Assembly (NCBI GenBank): GCA_000002435.2 | Contig: CM018792.1 | DNA length: 64,000 nucleotides | Source of the DNA: Giardia intestinalis | Taxonomy: Eukaryota | Strand: one strand, 5' to 3' | Shown: positions 29,691-40,215 of the stretch, in pieces | Position numbering within the stretch: position 1 is the first letter of the stretch | Layout: each line of letters starts with the position of its first letter | Position numbers and translations under genes: made by a program | Notes under the pieces: generated by a model | Told to the model about the DNA's origin: nothing | Databases searched by the model: none | The model's input: only the letters and a program-made list of their open reading frames with translations

Positions 29691-31729
29691 TCCATCCCCG
29701 GGACCCGACGACAACGACCGAGAAGGGGCAAAGACTGGACACACAGCCGAGTTGAATCCCAACCAGAAGAGAAAGCCCGCTAGCTGCTGCTGATCTGTAT
29801 GGACAGTATTGAGAATGACAACAAAGACCAGAGCTTCACTCACCGTGAAGGGAGAACAAGGAGAGGCGCTCTAACAGGCCAGCGAACCTGCAGGACGGCT
29901 TGATCTCTGAAAGAACCGATGTGCACATCCAGTCTGAGTGTACTCCTGTAGAATAGCCGAGGAACGCAGATAGCTCCTCCTTACAACCGCTGTGATTATC
30001 GTTACGGCCCGTGACCAACCCTCGTCTCCGGACATCGCCAAAAATTGAGCGGGAATTTACTCGCGAGATTTTGGACAGCGCCCGCAGGCGAGGGCCCCAG
30101 CAGCACCACTGTTGCCTGGGCGGAGGGCACTCCCGAGTCCACAGAGGGATGGGTCACAGATAGACAGCCTCCAGTCACCACAGCTGCGATCACCCGACAT
30201 GGCCCACCGGACCAGGGACACATACAACACCGCCCACCCGGTCCCCACCATGCCAGTCTTCGAGGGCCATCACACTAGAGGCCTGAGAGCACCCCATCCC
30301 ATCCACAGGCTCATCCACACCCCTGCTGGCCCGAGGTGAACTACCGTCGAGGCACTGGACAGGGCATGCCAGGGGCTCAGCAGACCCGCACAGAGCACCA
30401 GCGAGCAACAGGAGAGGCTGCGATGGCCTGCCTCAACACTCACGTACTAGTCAAACAGAGAAGCAGTACTGCCCGAGACATGCAGGGGCCAAGGGAGGCG
30501 CTCAGTCAGGGGACACGACACGATCGTCGGTGCCTCTGTCTCAGGAGTGCAACGAAGGCTGGGGATCAGACGCAACCACCTTGGCAAACAGAGAGGGGAT
30601 CACCCACCACCCCACTGGCCCACCGGATCCAGAGGCACATACAACACCCCCCGCCTCAGCCCCCACCAGAGCCCTCCAGCCTCACCCACCAACCCCGCCT
30701 CACCCACCAGCTGACCCACTGAGACCCAAGTGACCGCGACCGTGGGAGCCCTGACTCGAGCCACAGCTGCCCGGACACTGAGAGGCCCAGCCAGCGGAGA
30801 GCCCGATGACGGCCCCTGACAGACGGGAGCATCTAAAAAAGGACAGTGACCAGAGTTACACCCACCAAGGCGGCAGACCAAGGAGAGGCGCCACTGATAG
30901 AGCAGAGAGTCCACGAGAAGGCCTGAACCCCGAAAGGACCGGCGTGCATACTCAGCCTGAGCACACCCCTGCGGAGCGACTGAGAGACGCAAAAGACTCC
31001 TGGTATACAAGTGAAGGGAGATCCCTATTATATCATTAACGACCAACCCTCGTCTCTGAACTGGCCAGGAATGACGAGACCCACTCGTGAAATTTCTGGA
31101 TTACGCCTGCAGGTAAGCCTGAAGCCCGCCACACAGGCGGAACTGATGAGTTGTTCCACTGGAGGTTGGTCTGAGACCGCGCTTCTCCGAGAGATGGCGG
31201 AAGATGTCGTCTAGGGGGGATCATCAGCGAACCAGATACAAGACTAGCGCAAGAGCACCCGTCAATGGTAGTGGGTCAGTGTATCGCAGATCTGCCTGCG
31301 GTATGCTTCAGAAAGACCCGCCCCTGCAAAAACCCACGTGGAATACTCCATCACCGCCACCAGAACCTGGACACATCCAAGCCTTCATATCTGAAATCCC
31401 GAGCGGTCAACAGACTAGCGGTCCAGGCACGACTGATGTACCGGAAGCAGCCGGAAACCGTCCTTGGTGGAAGAGTAAACCTCCTCGTACAGACAGGCAG
31501 GACTCCCTGGAATGCTTACGGAGACGGACGAGCTGCCTGTTGTGTCTCTGTTGCCACGGTCTATAACGAGGGAGAATGAGAGGCCCTCCGCGAATGACAG
31601 GATGGCGTTCTCATCACTCACGTGACGTCGTTCAGAAGTGTGCCCAGTATTACACTCTACTGTGTATCACACAGATTGATAATAATGTATTAATAGTTCT
31701 GTCCGTCTCCTAGTAACCGGCTGACCCCA

Positions 31730-33973
31730 ATGTTCTGTAGATTTGTTCTCGCGGGGGTAATCCTTCAGTTTGTATGGACGGCACAGATAGCAGAAAAAGC
31801 TGGAACGGCTACCTGTGCAGATCAAACTACCAATTGTGCCGATGAGGCATGCAACGTTCTGATTGATGGTAAATTGTATTGCTCTCAATGCAAGGCAGAT
31901 CCCGCTGATCGCGCTCCTGTCAACGGGGTATGCACAGATGTGTCGTCTGATACAGCAGTATGTAAGACACACGCAGGCGGAAAATGTACAGGATGTAACG
32001 GCAACTCCTTCATGTACAAGGGCGGGTGCTATGAACGAGCAAAACCCCCTGGCAATGCCATGTGTCAAGCGGCAGATGCTGGTAAGTGCACAGAGGCTGT
32101 CGCTGGAAATAAGTACTTTGTCCCGCCGGCAGATACAGACGACGCCCACGACTCTGTTGTTTCGTGCGGAGACGCGACGGGCGTAACACTTACTGGCGAT
32201 AAGATATACACGGGGGTGGCTGGGTGCGCTACCTGTGAGAAACCAGAGCAACTATCAGCTAGTGGCACTAAGGCTGCCACATGCACTGCGTGCCAAGAAG
32301 GTAAGTATCTGAAGACGGCTACAGATTCAGCCACCTCCTGCGTGACAGAAGAAGAGTGCACCGGCACCGAAGGGTTCTTCGTGAAAAATGGCGGCACCAA
32401 AACCTGTGAGGCGTGTGATCCTGGTTGCAAGACCTGTAAGACCGAGGCTGCGAAGTGCACCTCCTGTAAGGACGACAAGCCGTACCTGAAGAAGGATAAT
32501 GGCAGCGACACTGGCACGTGCGTCACCGAAACTGAGTGCAAGAATCAAAGCACCCACTACGCCGACGACACTGAGCCGAAGACGTGCAAGGCGTGCGCCG
32601 AGGGGACCTCCAATGGATGCGCGACGTGCGAGAAGGGCGCCGATGGAGCAGTCGCCTGCAAGACGTGCGAAAACCAGAAGAAGGTCCAGCCAAACAAGAA
32701 GGGGTGCGTTGAAAGCTGCCCCTTGAACTCCAACGAGGAAAAGACCTCTGGCGTTTGTGAGTGCGTTGAGGGCTACGTTCCCGAGGAGGCCGGCACCGGG
32801 TGCATGAAGAAGTCCGACCCCCCTGCGGCGCCGTGCAACACCCCCGGCTGCAAGACGTGCAGTGAGCCGAAGACAAGCAAGGAGGTGTGCACAGAGTGCG
32901 AGGGCACTAAGGCCCTCACGCCCACGGGCCAGTGCATCGATGCGTGCGGAGATCTGGGAGGCTACTACGCGGGCACCAACGAGGGGGGCAAGAAGGCCTG
33001 CAAGAAGTGCGAGGTCGAGAACTGCCTCCTGTGCAACGGGCAAGGACAGTGCGAGACCTGCAAGGACGGATACTACAAGAAAGAAACCGCCTGTGCCAAG
33101 TGCGATACCTCGTGCAAGACGTGCGCGAACGGGAACTCCAACGGGTGTACGAGCTGTGAGCCTAAGAAGGCCCTCAGCTACGAAGGAGAGGGCAACACGG
33201 GGACGTGCAAACCAGGATGCGAGCCAAATGCTAACAACTGCGAGAAGTGCGAGCTGACGGTCGATGGCACGGCCTACTGCTCCAAGTGCAAGGAAGCCGG
33301 CCAGTTTCCACAGAACGGAGTCTGCTCGGCGGCGGCCGGAAAGGCTATTACGTGCACTACCAAAGGGACTGGTGTCTGTGACAAATGCGCCAACGGGCTT
33401 CTTCGTATGAACGGGGGCTGCTATGAGACGACCAAGTTCCCCGGAAAGAGCGTCTGCTTAGCCGCAGCAGAAGCGAGCGATGCCTGTCAGACTCCGGCCG
33501 ACGGGTACAAGCTGAATAACGGCGCGCTCATCACTTGCTCGGCCGGATGTAAGACGTGCACCAGCCAGGACCAGTGCGACACGTGTAAGGCTGGATATGC
33601 TAAGACTGGCGGTAACACTAAGAAGTGTGTTCCCTGCGCCACTGAGTGCTCCGAGTGCAATGCGAACGACGCCACCAAGTGCACGGTGTGCGCTGCAGGG
33701 TACTACCCGTCCAAAGAAAAGTGTATAGCATGCGACAAGAGCGACGGGGGATCCATCACCGGCGTCGCCAACTGCGCTAGCTGCGCCCCTCCATCGGCTG
33801 GTAGTGGCTCCGTTCTCTGCTACCTCATGAACGGTGAAAGTACCGGGGGAAGCACGAATAAGAGCGGCCTTTCTACCGGTGCCATAGCAGGGATCTCTGT
33901 CGCGGCGGTTGTCATTGTGGCCGGCCTCGTCGGCTTCCTCTGCTGGTGGTTCATCTGCAGAGGGAAGGCGTAG
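31730..33973 (+). CDS. vsp: Variant-specific surface protein (VSP), 747 aa, copy B. Its protein is identical to copy A, and the two are oriented head-to-head.
   Basis: Identical translation to 23222..25465(-). Has the CRGKA tail, with ACTTAGGTAGTAAAC at 33976..33990. Confidence 0.93.
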   Translation: MFCRFVLAGVILQFVWTAQIAEKAGTATCADQTTNCADEACNVLIDGKLYCSQCKADPADRAPVNGVCTDVSSDTAVCKTHAGGKCTGCNGNSFMYKGGCYERAKPPGNAMCQAADAGKCTEAVAGNKYFVPPADTDDAHDSVVSCGDATGVTLTGDKIYTGVAGCATCEKPEQLSASGTKAATCTACQEGKYLKTATDSATSCVTEEECTGTEGFFVKNGGTKTCEACDPGCKTCKTEAAKCTSCKDDKPYLKKDNGSDTGTCVTETECKNQSTHYADDTEPKTCKACAEGTSNGCATCEKGADGAVACKTCENQKKVQPNKKGCVESCPLNSNEEKTSGVCECVEGYVPEEAGTGCMKKSDPPAAPCNTPGCKTCSEPKTSKEVCTECEGTKALTPTGQCIDACGDLGGYYAGTNEGGKKACKKCEVENCLLCNGQGQCETCKDGYYKKETACAKCDTSCKTCANGNSNGCTSCEPKKALSYEGEGNTGTCKPGCEPNANNCEKCELTVDGTAYCSKCKEAGQFPQNGVCSAAAGKAITCTTKGTGVCDKCANGLLRMNGGCYETTKFPGKSVCLAAAEASDACQTPADGYKLNNGALITCSAGCKTCTSQDQCDTCKAGYAKTGGNTKKCVPCATECSECNANDATKCTVCAAGYYPSKEKCIACDKSDGGSITGVANCASCAPPSAGSGSVLCYLMNGESTGGSTNKSGLSTGAIAGISVAAVVIVAGLVGFLCWWFICRGKA

Positions 33974-33975
33974 GT

Positions 33976-33990
33976 ACTTAGGTAGTAAAC
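33976..33990 (+). terminator. VSP extended polyadenylation signal ACTTAGGTAGTAAAC
   Basis: Conserved VSP 3' element 3 nt after the stop. Confidence 0.6.
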
Positions 33991-35855
33991 GCATCTACTA
34001 TGTGTAGCCTGTGATACTCAGCCCACTGCGGACCCCTGCACAACGCGCAGGGAAGCAGAAAATCCAAAAACAAGCGGTGATGCCGCCCCATGCGCCTACT
34101 GCCTCGCGGCCAATCAGAGGACGGATCGGGTGCCTCTGCTGCGCCTAAGCCCCACTGCCAGCTCCTTTCCTGGTGGCTCTACATCCCTGGAGAGCCAGCC
34201 TCCACGCCTTCCCTGTACGAACCGGGTCTCTGCGGACCCCTGTGCATCGGCGCTCTCCTCTCAGCCTCTGTAGTACTCTCATCCCTTTGGATTATGTCTG
34301 CGACTCCCGGCTGTCGTGGGGGAATCGCACTCAAGGACAGTCCCTTGCGGGATCCCGAGAGAAGATTACAGTGATCGCTAGGGTCCATGAAAGGTGCGAA
34401 TCAGCATAGAGTAGCCTAGGAGACGTTCTGGTCTATTGGGAATGCATGGCGCTATTTCTGATCTTTTGTAATGAATACTTTAAGACACTCCATCACCTGA
34501 CAAGGTGCCAGGTGGGCTCAGAAGGCAGCCAGTCCTCCCAGATCTGGACAGGAGGGAAGCATTGCCCAAAGCGTGCTGTCTCCTGAGTTGATAGACCGGG
34601 ACTCCTGTCACCCCAGATCATCATAGTGCTACCGCTGTCCACTATGGAGGCGCTCTGACCCACAGTGCCTGAGGTTGTTGGTGCAGGCGACAAAGGGCTC
34701 TTCATAGTGGGCTACCATCAGTGGAAGGAACGGGAGCCTGGGTGTCGTGTCCCTCTGCCAGTGATCGGCACCCGTTGCTGTGGGTACTAGGGTGGCGGGA
34801 TCTCCCACCCGCTGACAAGGAGCCGGGCGATGCTCGCTTGTCATTGTCAACCCGGGCTGCGACTCGTCCTGGGCAGATAGACATGAGCACAGGGACCCCG
34901 TCCCCCGTCGTAAACCACGCCACACGGAGAGGGTGTGGTAGTTCGGTGCATCTCCCCACGCTGCACAACCAAAGAAGAACGGCCTTTTGATGCGTAGCTC
35001 TGGGAGCCTGCAGAGCCTGACTGATGGGACTACATCCTGGTGCTGACTTCTGATACGGTTCGGTAGCGGCCAGCTCGATGCTCGCAAGCTTGTGGGAAGC
35101 ACCAGGGCCGGCACATGCACCTGGACAGCAACGCAGGCACACATCTCGGACGCAACTCCGCTAAGGATCTTGCGAGGGGTCGGCTTGGGTCAGTGGTGGA
35201 AGGACTTTGCGCAAGCAGCTCTGTGGCCTGTTGGTCGCATTCTCCTCTGCCGTAAAGGACACCTACCAATGATCGTTACGAACTGGATGACCCCCGTCTG
35301 TCTTTGAGACTCACCAGTGTGCACAGTTGTCGATGAGGCGGAGTCGTCCACCAGTCACGCCCTGCTGGGCTAGTCACTGTCACCGGTGGCTAAGGAGCAG
35401 CAGGAGCCGTCTGCCTCCGCACGGAAGGCCTCGAGGGGTCGTGTTACGCTGGAAGCCGGTCACTGTTCCACATATCCGCTACCTAATTATGGGCAGGAGT
35501 ATCGGACACGAGAAGAGCTACGACAAGGACTCGCTGGGGTAAGCGTGCTCTGCAGCTCCTTTGGATGCCCCAGTCCCTTACGGCTCAGGCACTGGGGCCT
35601 CAATGCATCTGCCCCTTACTGGGTTCTCCACCGGCTAGTGCGACCTAGGCAGACACAGAGGAGTCCCGGCTCCTGTTCTGTGCAAGCTCGTCAGACCGGC
35701 CTGGTCGTGAGGTTTGGAGACACCTAGGTCGAGTACTCCCAGGTCCCTACTCCAGACAGGCAATCTTGTGGTGGGATCATTCACTCTAGAGGGTAGTCCA
35801 GAGCTACCAACAAAATAAACCCGATTATCCAATAACTTCCACCTTTTGAAAAATC

Positions 35856-36374
35856 ATGTCTGTCACGAGTCGTTTGATGCGTGAATACCAGAAGTTCTCG
35901 AAGACAGACATTCCAGGAGTCATGGCGCTGCCAGACCAAAAGGATGAGCGCTGTTGGAATTGCATAATTCTGGGGCCCGCCGGGACAGCTTGGGAGAATG
36001 GTAAGCTATGTATAAGGATGAAATTTCCCAACGAGTACCCTATCAAACCTCCTTCTGTACATTTCGTAACATCGATGTATCATCCAAACGTTTATACGGA
36101 CGGCTCGCTTTGTTTAGATATTTTGCAGTCACAGTGGTCTCCTTGCTTTACAATCTTGTCTGTCCTCCTTTCCATTCAGTCCCTTCTGACAGACCCGAAT
36201 CCATCATCTCCGGCCAATAGCGATGCCGCGCACAAATATAACTGTGATATAGATGCATACAATCGCGAAGTAAGAGCACGCATGGAAAGGTCGCAGAGCT
36301 TTATCAAAGAAGAGCCGTGGTGTAGAGTCTATGAGGCGCTTCAGAATAGAAAAGTAGCAGATAACACTTCATGA
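35856..36374 (+). CDS. Ubiquitin-conjugating enzyme E2, Rad6/UBE2A-B-like.
   Basis: UBC fold with HPN and active-site Cys, nearly collinear with Rad6: [40 protein letters not shown]...[16 protein letters not shown] versus [40 protein letters not shown]...LLDEPNPNSPANS. Confidence 0.85.
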   Translation: MSVTSRLMREYQKFSKTDIPGVMALPDQKDERCWNCIILGPAGTAWENGKLCIRMKFPNEYPIKPPSVHFVTSMYHPNVYTDGSLCLDILQSQWSPCFTILSVLLSIQSLLTDPNPSSPANSDAAHKYNCDIDAYNREVRARMERSQSFIKEEPWCRVYEALQNRKVADNTS

Positions 36375-36551
36375 CCATACGCTGGCTTTCCAGCTATCGT
36401 TAAAATGTGGGATGAGCCTGCTTTGCTGTGGATCAGACGGTGACCGGTACTGTTCATCGTCTGCTGGCCCATTGGCGGAGACTATAGCAGAACAAGCCTT
36501 TTCGCAAAGGAGTGAATTGGGTACCTCTATCAGTAATAAAAACTACAAGCT

Positions 36552-39500
36552 ATGGCAAGCACAGAAATCAAAGGGTCATACACTGCTACAGGAGAGGTAA
36601 ATTTTGAAACAACGCTCACTGCCACAACGCTCATACAGCTAGCAGTGACAGCAGGGGTACTTCTTATTTTCTCCCTATTCAAGTATTTACTCCCAATGGT
36701 ATTTTGTCCGTTCTACATGCGGCGGCAAAGGAAATTTAGCATATGGTTTCTAGACGTATTTTGCCAGCCCATTTCGCAATACGCTAGATGTGGAAATGTG
36801 GCTGCCATATTTGTTTTGTATCAGACTATGGTGATTTCCTTATTCGGTATCATGTCTCTCTTTGGCTTAACAATCCTCATACCTGTCTATGTGGTGGGCG
36901 TAGACCAAGACTTTAACACAGACTATCGTACAGGCTGGTCGAAGATGTCTCTTACACACGTGGAAGCAGGCTCCTATGCCATTTTAGTTCCGACGGTCGT
37001 TGCGACAATCTACACATTCATGATGATGGAGTTCTATGATCAGTTCCACATCGTGTATATCTATTTCCGTCAACGTGCTCTACGTCGCTCGGCACCACAG
37101 AACTTCGTTGTCATGCTGGATCAGCTCCCCTCAGGCATAAGAACATATGGAGACCTTGCTAAGTCTCTTGAAGGCGTCTTTCAGCAGGGTGTCATACGCT
37201 ATATAATTCCCGTTCCCGAGCATTCTCTGAGCTTAACGTTCAAATACAAGAAGCTGCTAAAGCTAATTCTAAATCAGCATAAGACAGATCGGTTGGTGAA
37301 TTACTATGTAACGGAATTGGAGGCCTACATGAACAAAATAGGATTGCACGGACTTACATTGGCCGAAATAGACGATCCGACCGTGAAACAGCGTGTCCAG
37401 AAGATGCAGAATAAGATATCTAAGTCGCAAATGGCACTGATTCCTTTTAAGACTAAATCACGTCAACTAAAGTTAGAAATACTGGCGTATGCCCATGAAA
37501 TGAATATTGACCTCTCCCACCTTATCGGAATCAAGCATCTACCGCCGCCAATGCCTGCCAATGTTACATCTTTCAACAAGCTTACTACATGTACGCGGAT
37601 GACTGCTGAAGACGTTATTGCAGAACGGGATAACTTTGACATCGAACTTAATCTACCTAGCATTCAGACTCTTTCACGAGTGGGCTCCAACCTTACTGCC
37701 TTTCAAGGCCCTAGCAGGACTATGTTAACCAGGGATGAAGAGTCTCAAGATAGAAGCATTCCAGAGTCCAGTGACAGATCTGTTTCACAATTTAACAATA
37801 TATATGCGTCACTACCTACCTCAACGATGCAGCTCTCTAATCCTTCTAATGTGTTGATCTCTCCAAAGATTTCGCACGACCTGCGTGTCAACAATTTAAT
37901 TGGCCCACTGATAGGCATGGGTTCAGTTGATGGAATTCCAAGCGCTCCTCGAGTCGTCTCAGCAGGCAGGCAAGCTACCGAACCATTTCATCTCAGTACA
38001 ATCTATAGTGCACAAGAAGGAAGCTTTCGTGAGGCAGAAAGCGTGTCTGCAGGAGCCACGATGAAACCAGCTAGCTCTTCTAGCAGAACAGAGTATGCGT
38101 TATCCACACAACGACCCATCAGTGCAGAAGAGCGATATCGGGAGCAGCAGGCAACATTAGGCGAGGTCTCCACGAGGAGCTTAAGGCCAGTGCTTACAAA
38201 GTATCTCCTGGGTATACCCAAGAGTGTTGCAGAGGTAATAAGAACCACGTTTCCTGACCACGGGCTCGGGAAAATAGATGCTGCTACAATAAAAAGCAAG
38301 ACACGGCAGCAGCACAGGGCCCACATCGATACTCCGATCGGCCGGACCGCATTTGTGGTTTTCAACTCACAGATCGAAGCGACCCTTTGCTCTAATTCGC
38401 TACTTTATATGAACGCAACCGAGCCAAAGGTCGGATCTGCACCAGAGTATAATCAAATAATCTGGGGGAACACAGCATACTCAAAGAGGTTTAGATTAGT
38501 GATGCGCTCAATTTTCCTAGTTCTTCTCCTATCTCTTTTCATTGGCTACTTTGTTCCTCAGACATATATCTTAAACTTGGTTGCAAATAACAGTGAGCAA
38601 TGGTTTAATTCTTTCTATATTAGAATGTGTAAGCCAGGCCAAGGGCGCTACAAGTGTGCTCAGACGGTCTCTCTCACAAAAGGAACTGTAAGCGACGTTG
38701 GGGGAGTTGTCTGTTACATTTGCTATAAAACAGCGTCTATGAGCATTACCCTTCTTCCTGTCATAGTCCAAGTTATCTTTATGGCCCTCCTGCCCTTAGT
38801 TATAAAGTACCTTTCTATGCTTGCCTTTTGCACTAGCAACACAGAAAAAGCCAATCTCGAATACAGAATTAACTTTCTTTTTCTCATTTTTATTGTAGGA
38901 ATAATTCAGATCATGCTGACCTCCACCTTCAACGAGTATGGAACTATAGATTTTGAACAGCTAACAGGCCTAACGTTGAACGGACTGGTGGCCAATATTG
39001 GCCGCAATTTTCCTGCACAAATCTTTACATTTATTAACTACTTAATTACCAAGTATTTCCTTTTCTCTGTCCTCACGCTTCTACGGATTCCCGATTTGCT
39101 GCTGGGTCTGCTCAAGCTTATGATTACCAAAGACCCTATCGCTAAGAGGCGAATAGCTTACTACACAGGATTTCCTTACCTTAAACAATTAGCATATGGC
39201 TCTCACATGACGGTGATAGGCTTTATGTACTCAATCGTCGCACCTATATCCACGGTGTTTGTCTTTATCATTTACACCGTGTTTTCAATAGTCAACCGCT
39301 TTAATATTCTCTATGTGTATAGACCTCTCTCAGATTCCGAGATGTCCGCTGCCACAGACATTATTAAGTATGTTAGCGGAGATACTTATTTGGGATTTTT
39401 GCTAATGATGATAGCGACGATTGCATTTCTTATCGTTCTCAACGAAACCATCACGCTTGTCTGTGCGTACTTCCTCGCGACAATCATGATCATCGCGATA

Positions 39501-40055
39501 ATAAGAAAGGTGTACGTTGACTCTAAATTTAAGCGCGCTATGATGTCGATGCACTTGAGCGATTGGGGCGCCAAGACCATGTGCAAGATAAATCCATATC
39601 GTGAGAAGCGCAATCCCATTGAAGCTGACGATGGAATAGTAACATACGGGGAGGAGAAACACCTTAATGACCTCCTGGGCGCAAACGGTGCCGATCAGTG
39701 GGACAGGTACAAGGCAGACATAACCAGCATGGAAGTGGTTGATCAAACGCGACAAAAGCTCTCAAAAATATTTACTGAGAGAATGAGAATCAAACCAAAC
39801 ATTAACATGAATCACTTACAGAAGAATGAACTGACCGCCGCGCCCCTCAACCTGGCAGAACCACCTGTATCATACATGAGACGTACCTCAATTATTTTCG
39901 AAGATTTCCAGTGTGAGATTGCTAACGAACTGTCTATCAAGAACCATGAACTCACAGATGACGAAGTAAGGGCTATTGCCGCGATGTACACCCATCCAGC
40001 TTTTGCCCTCTCATATGTTTACGGGCCGAATAGGCCTGACGAAGACATACGTTAA
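36552..40055 (+). CDS. OSCA/TMEM63/CSC1-like (DUF221) putative mechano/osmosensitive channel, paralog 2 (1167 aa, with a long cytosolic insertion and C-terminal extension).
   Basis: Same motif set as paralog 1: YICYKTASMSITLLPVIVQV, NFLFLIFIVGIIQIML, GRNFPAQIFTFINYLITKYFLFSVL, AYGSHMTVIGFMYSIVAPISTVFVFIIYTVFSIVNRFNILYVYRP. Confidence 0.7.
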   Translation: MASTEIKGSYTATGEVNFETTLTATTLIQLAVTAGVLLIFSLFKYLLPMVFCPFYMRRQRKFSIWFLDVFCQPISQYARCGNVAAIFVLYQTMVISLFGIMSLFGLTILIPVYVVGVDQDFNTDYRTGWSKMSLTHVEAGSYAILVPTVVATIYTFMMMEFYDQFHIVYIYFRQRALRRSAPQNFVVMLDQLPSGIRTYGDLAKSLEGVFQQGVIRYIIPVPEHSLSLTFKYKKLLKLILNQHKTDRLVNYYVTELEAYMNKIGLHGLTLAEIDDPTVKQRVQKMQNKISKSQMALIPFKTKSRQLKLEILAYAHEMNIDLSHLIGIKHLPPPMPANVTSFNKLTTCTRMTAEDVIAERDNFDIELNLPSIQTLSRVGSNLTAFQGPSRTMLTRDEESQDRSIPESSDRSVSQFNNIYASLPTSTMQLSNPSNVLISPKISHDLRVNNLIGPLIGMGSVDGIPSAPRVVSAGRQATEPFHLSTIYSAQEGSFREAESVSAGATMKPASSSSRTEYALSTQRPISAEERYREQQATLGEVSTRSLRPVLTKYLLGIPKSVAEVIRTTFPDHGLGKIDAATIKSKTRQQHRAHIDTPIGRTAFVVFNSQIEATLCSNSLLYMNATEPKVGSAPEYNQIIWGNTAYSKRFRLVMRSIFLVLLLSLFIGYFVPQTYILNLVANNSEQWFNSFYIRMCKPGQGRYKCAQTVSLTKGTVSDVGGVVCYICYKTASMSITLLPVIVQVIFMALLPLVIKYLSMLAFCTSNTEKANLEYRINFLFLIFIVGIIQIMLTSTFNEYGTIDFEQLTGLTLNGLVANIGRNFPAQIFTFINYLITKYFLFSVLTLLRIPDLLLGLLKLMITKDPIAKRRIAYYTGFPYLKQLAYGSHMTVIGFMYSIVAPISTVFVFIIYTVFSIVNRFNILYVYRPLSDSEMSAATDIIKYVSGDTYLGFLLMMIATIAFLIVLNETITLVCAYFLATIMIIAIIRKVYVDSKFKRAMMSMHLSDWGAKTMCKINPYREKRNPIEADDGIVTYGEEKHLNDLLGANGADQWDRYKADITSMEVVDQTRQKLSKIFTERMRIKPNINMNHLQKNELTAAPLNLAEPPVSYMRRTSIIFEDFQCEIANELSIKNHELTDDEVRAIAAMYTHPAFALSYVYGPNRPDEDIR

Positions 40056-40215
40056 CGATCACTTAGTTTGTTGCATTTTGAACATTACAAAAGGGACTCA
40101 CTAGCAGAAAGTATACGGAAGATATCTGAGCACAGAACTGAGGACATGTGCTGTACCTCAGAATCTGACTCAGGGTTAAGCTAAAAGTATCTAATAGAGT
40201 TGAAGTCTGTGAACA

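Larger units (their letters stand above)
29955..35216. repeat. Right arm of the 5,262-bp inverted repeat (mirror of 21979..27240).
   Basis: See left arm. Mirrored ORFs encode identical proteins, and the spacer between arms is 27241..29954 (2,714 bp). Confidence 0.85.
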
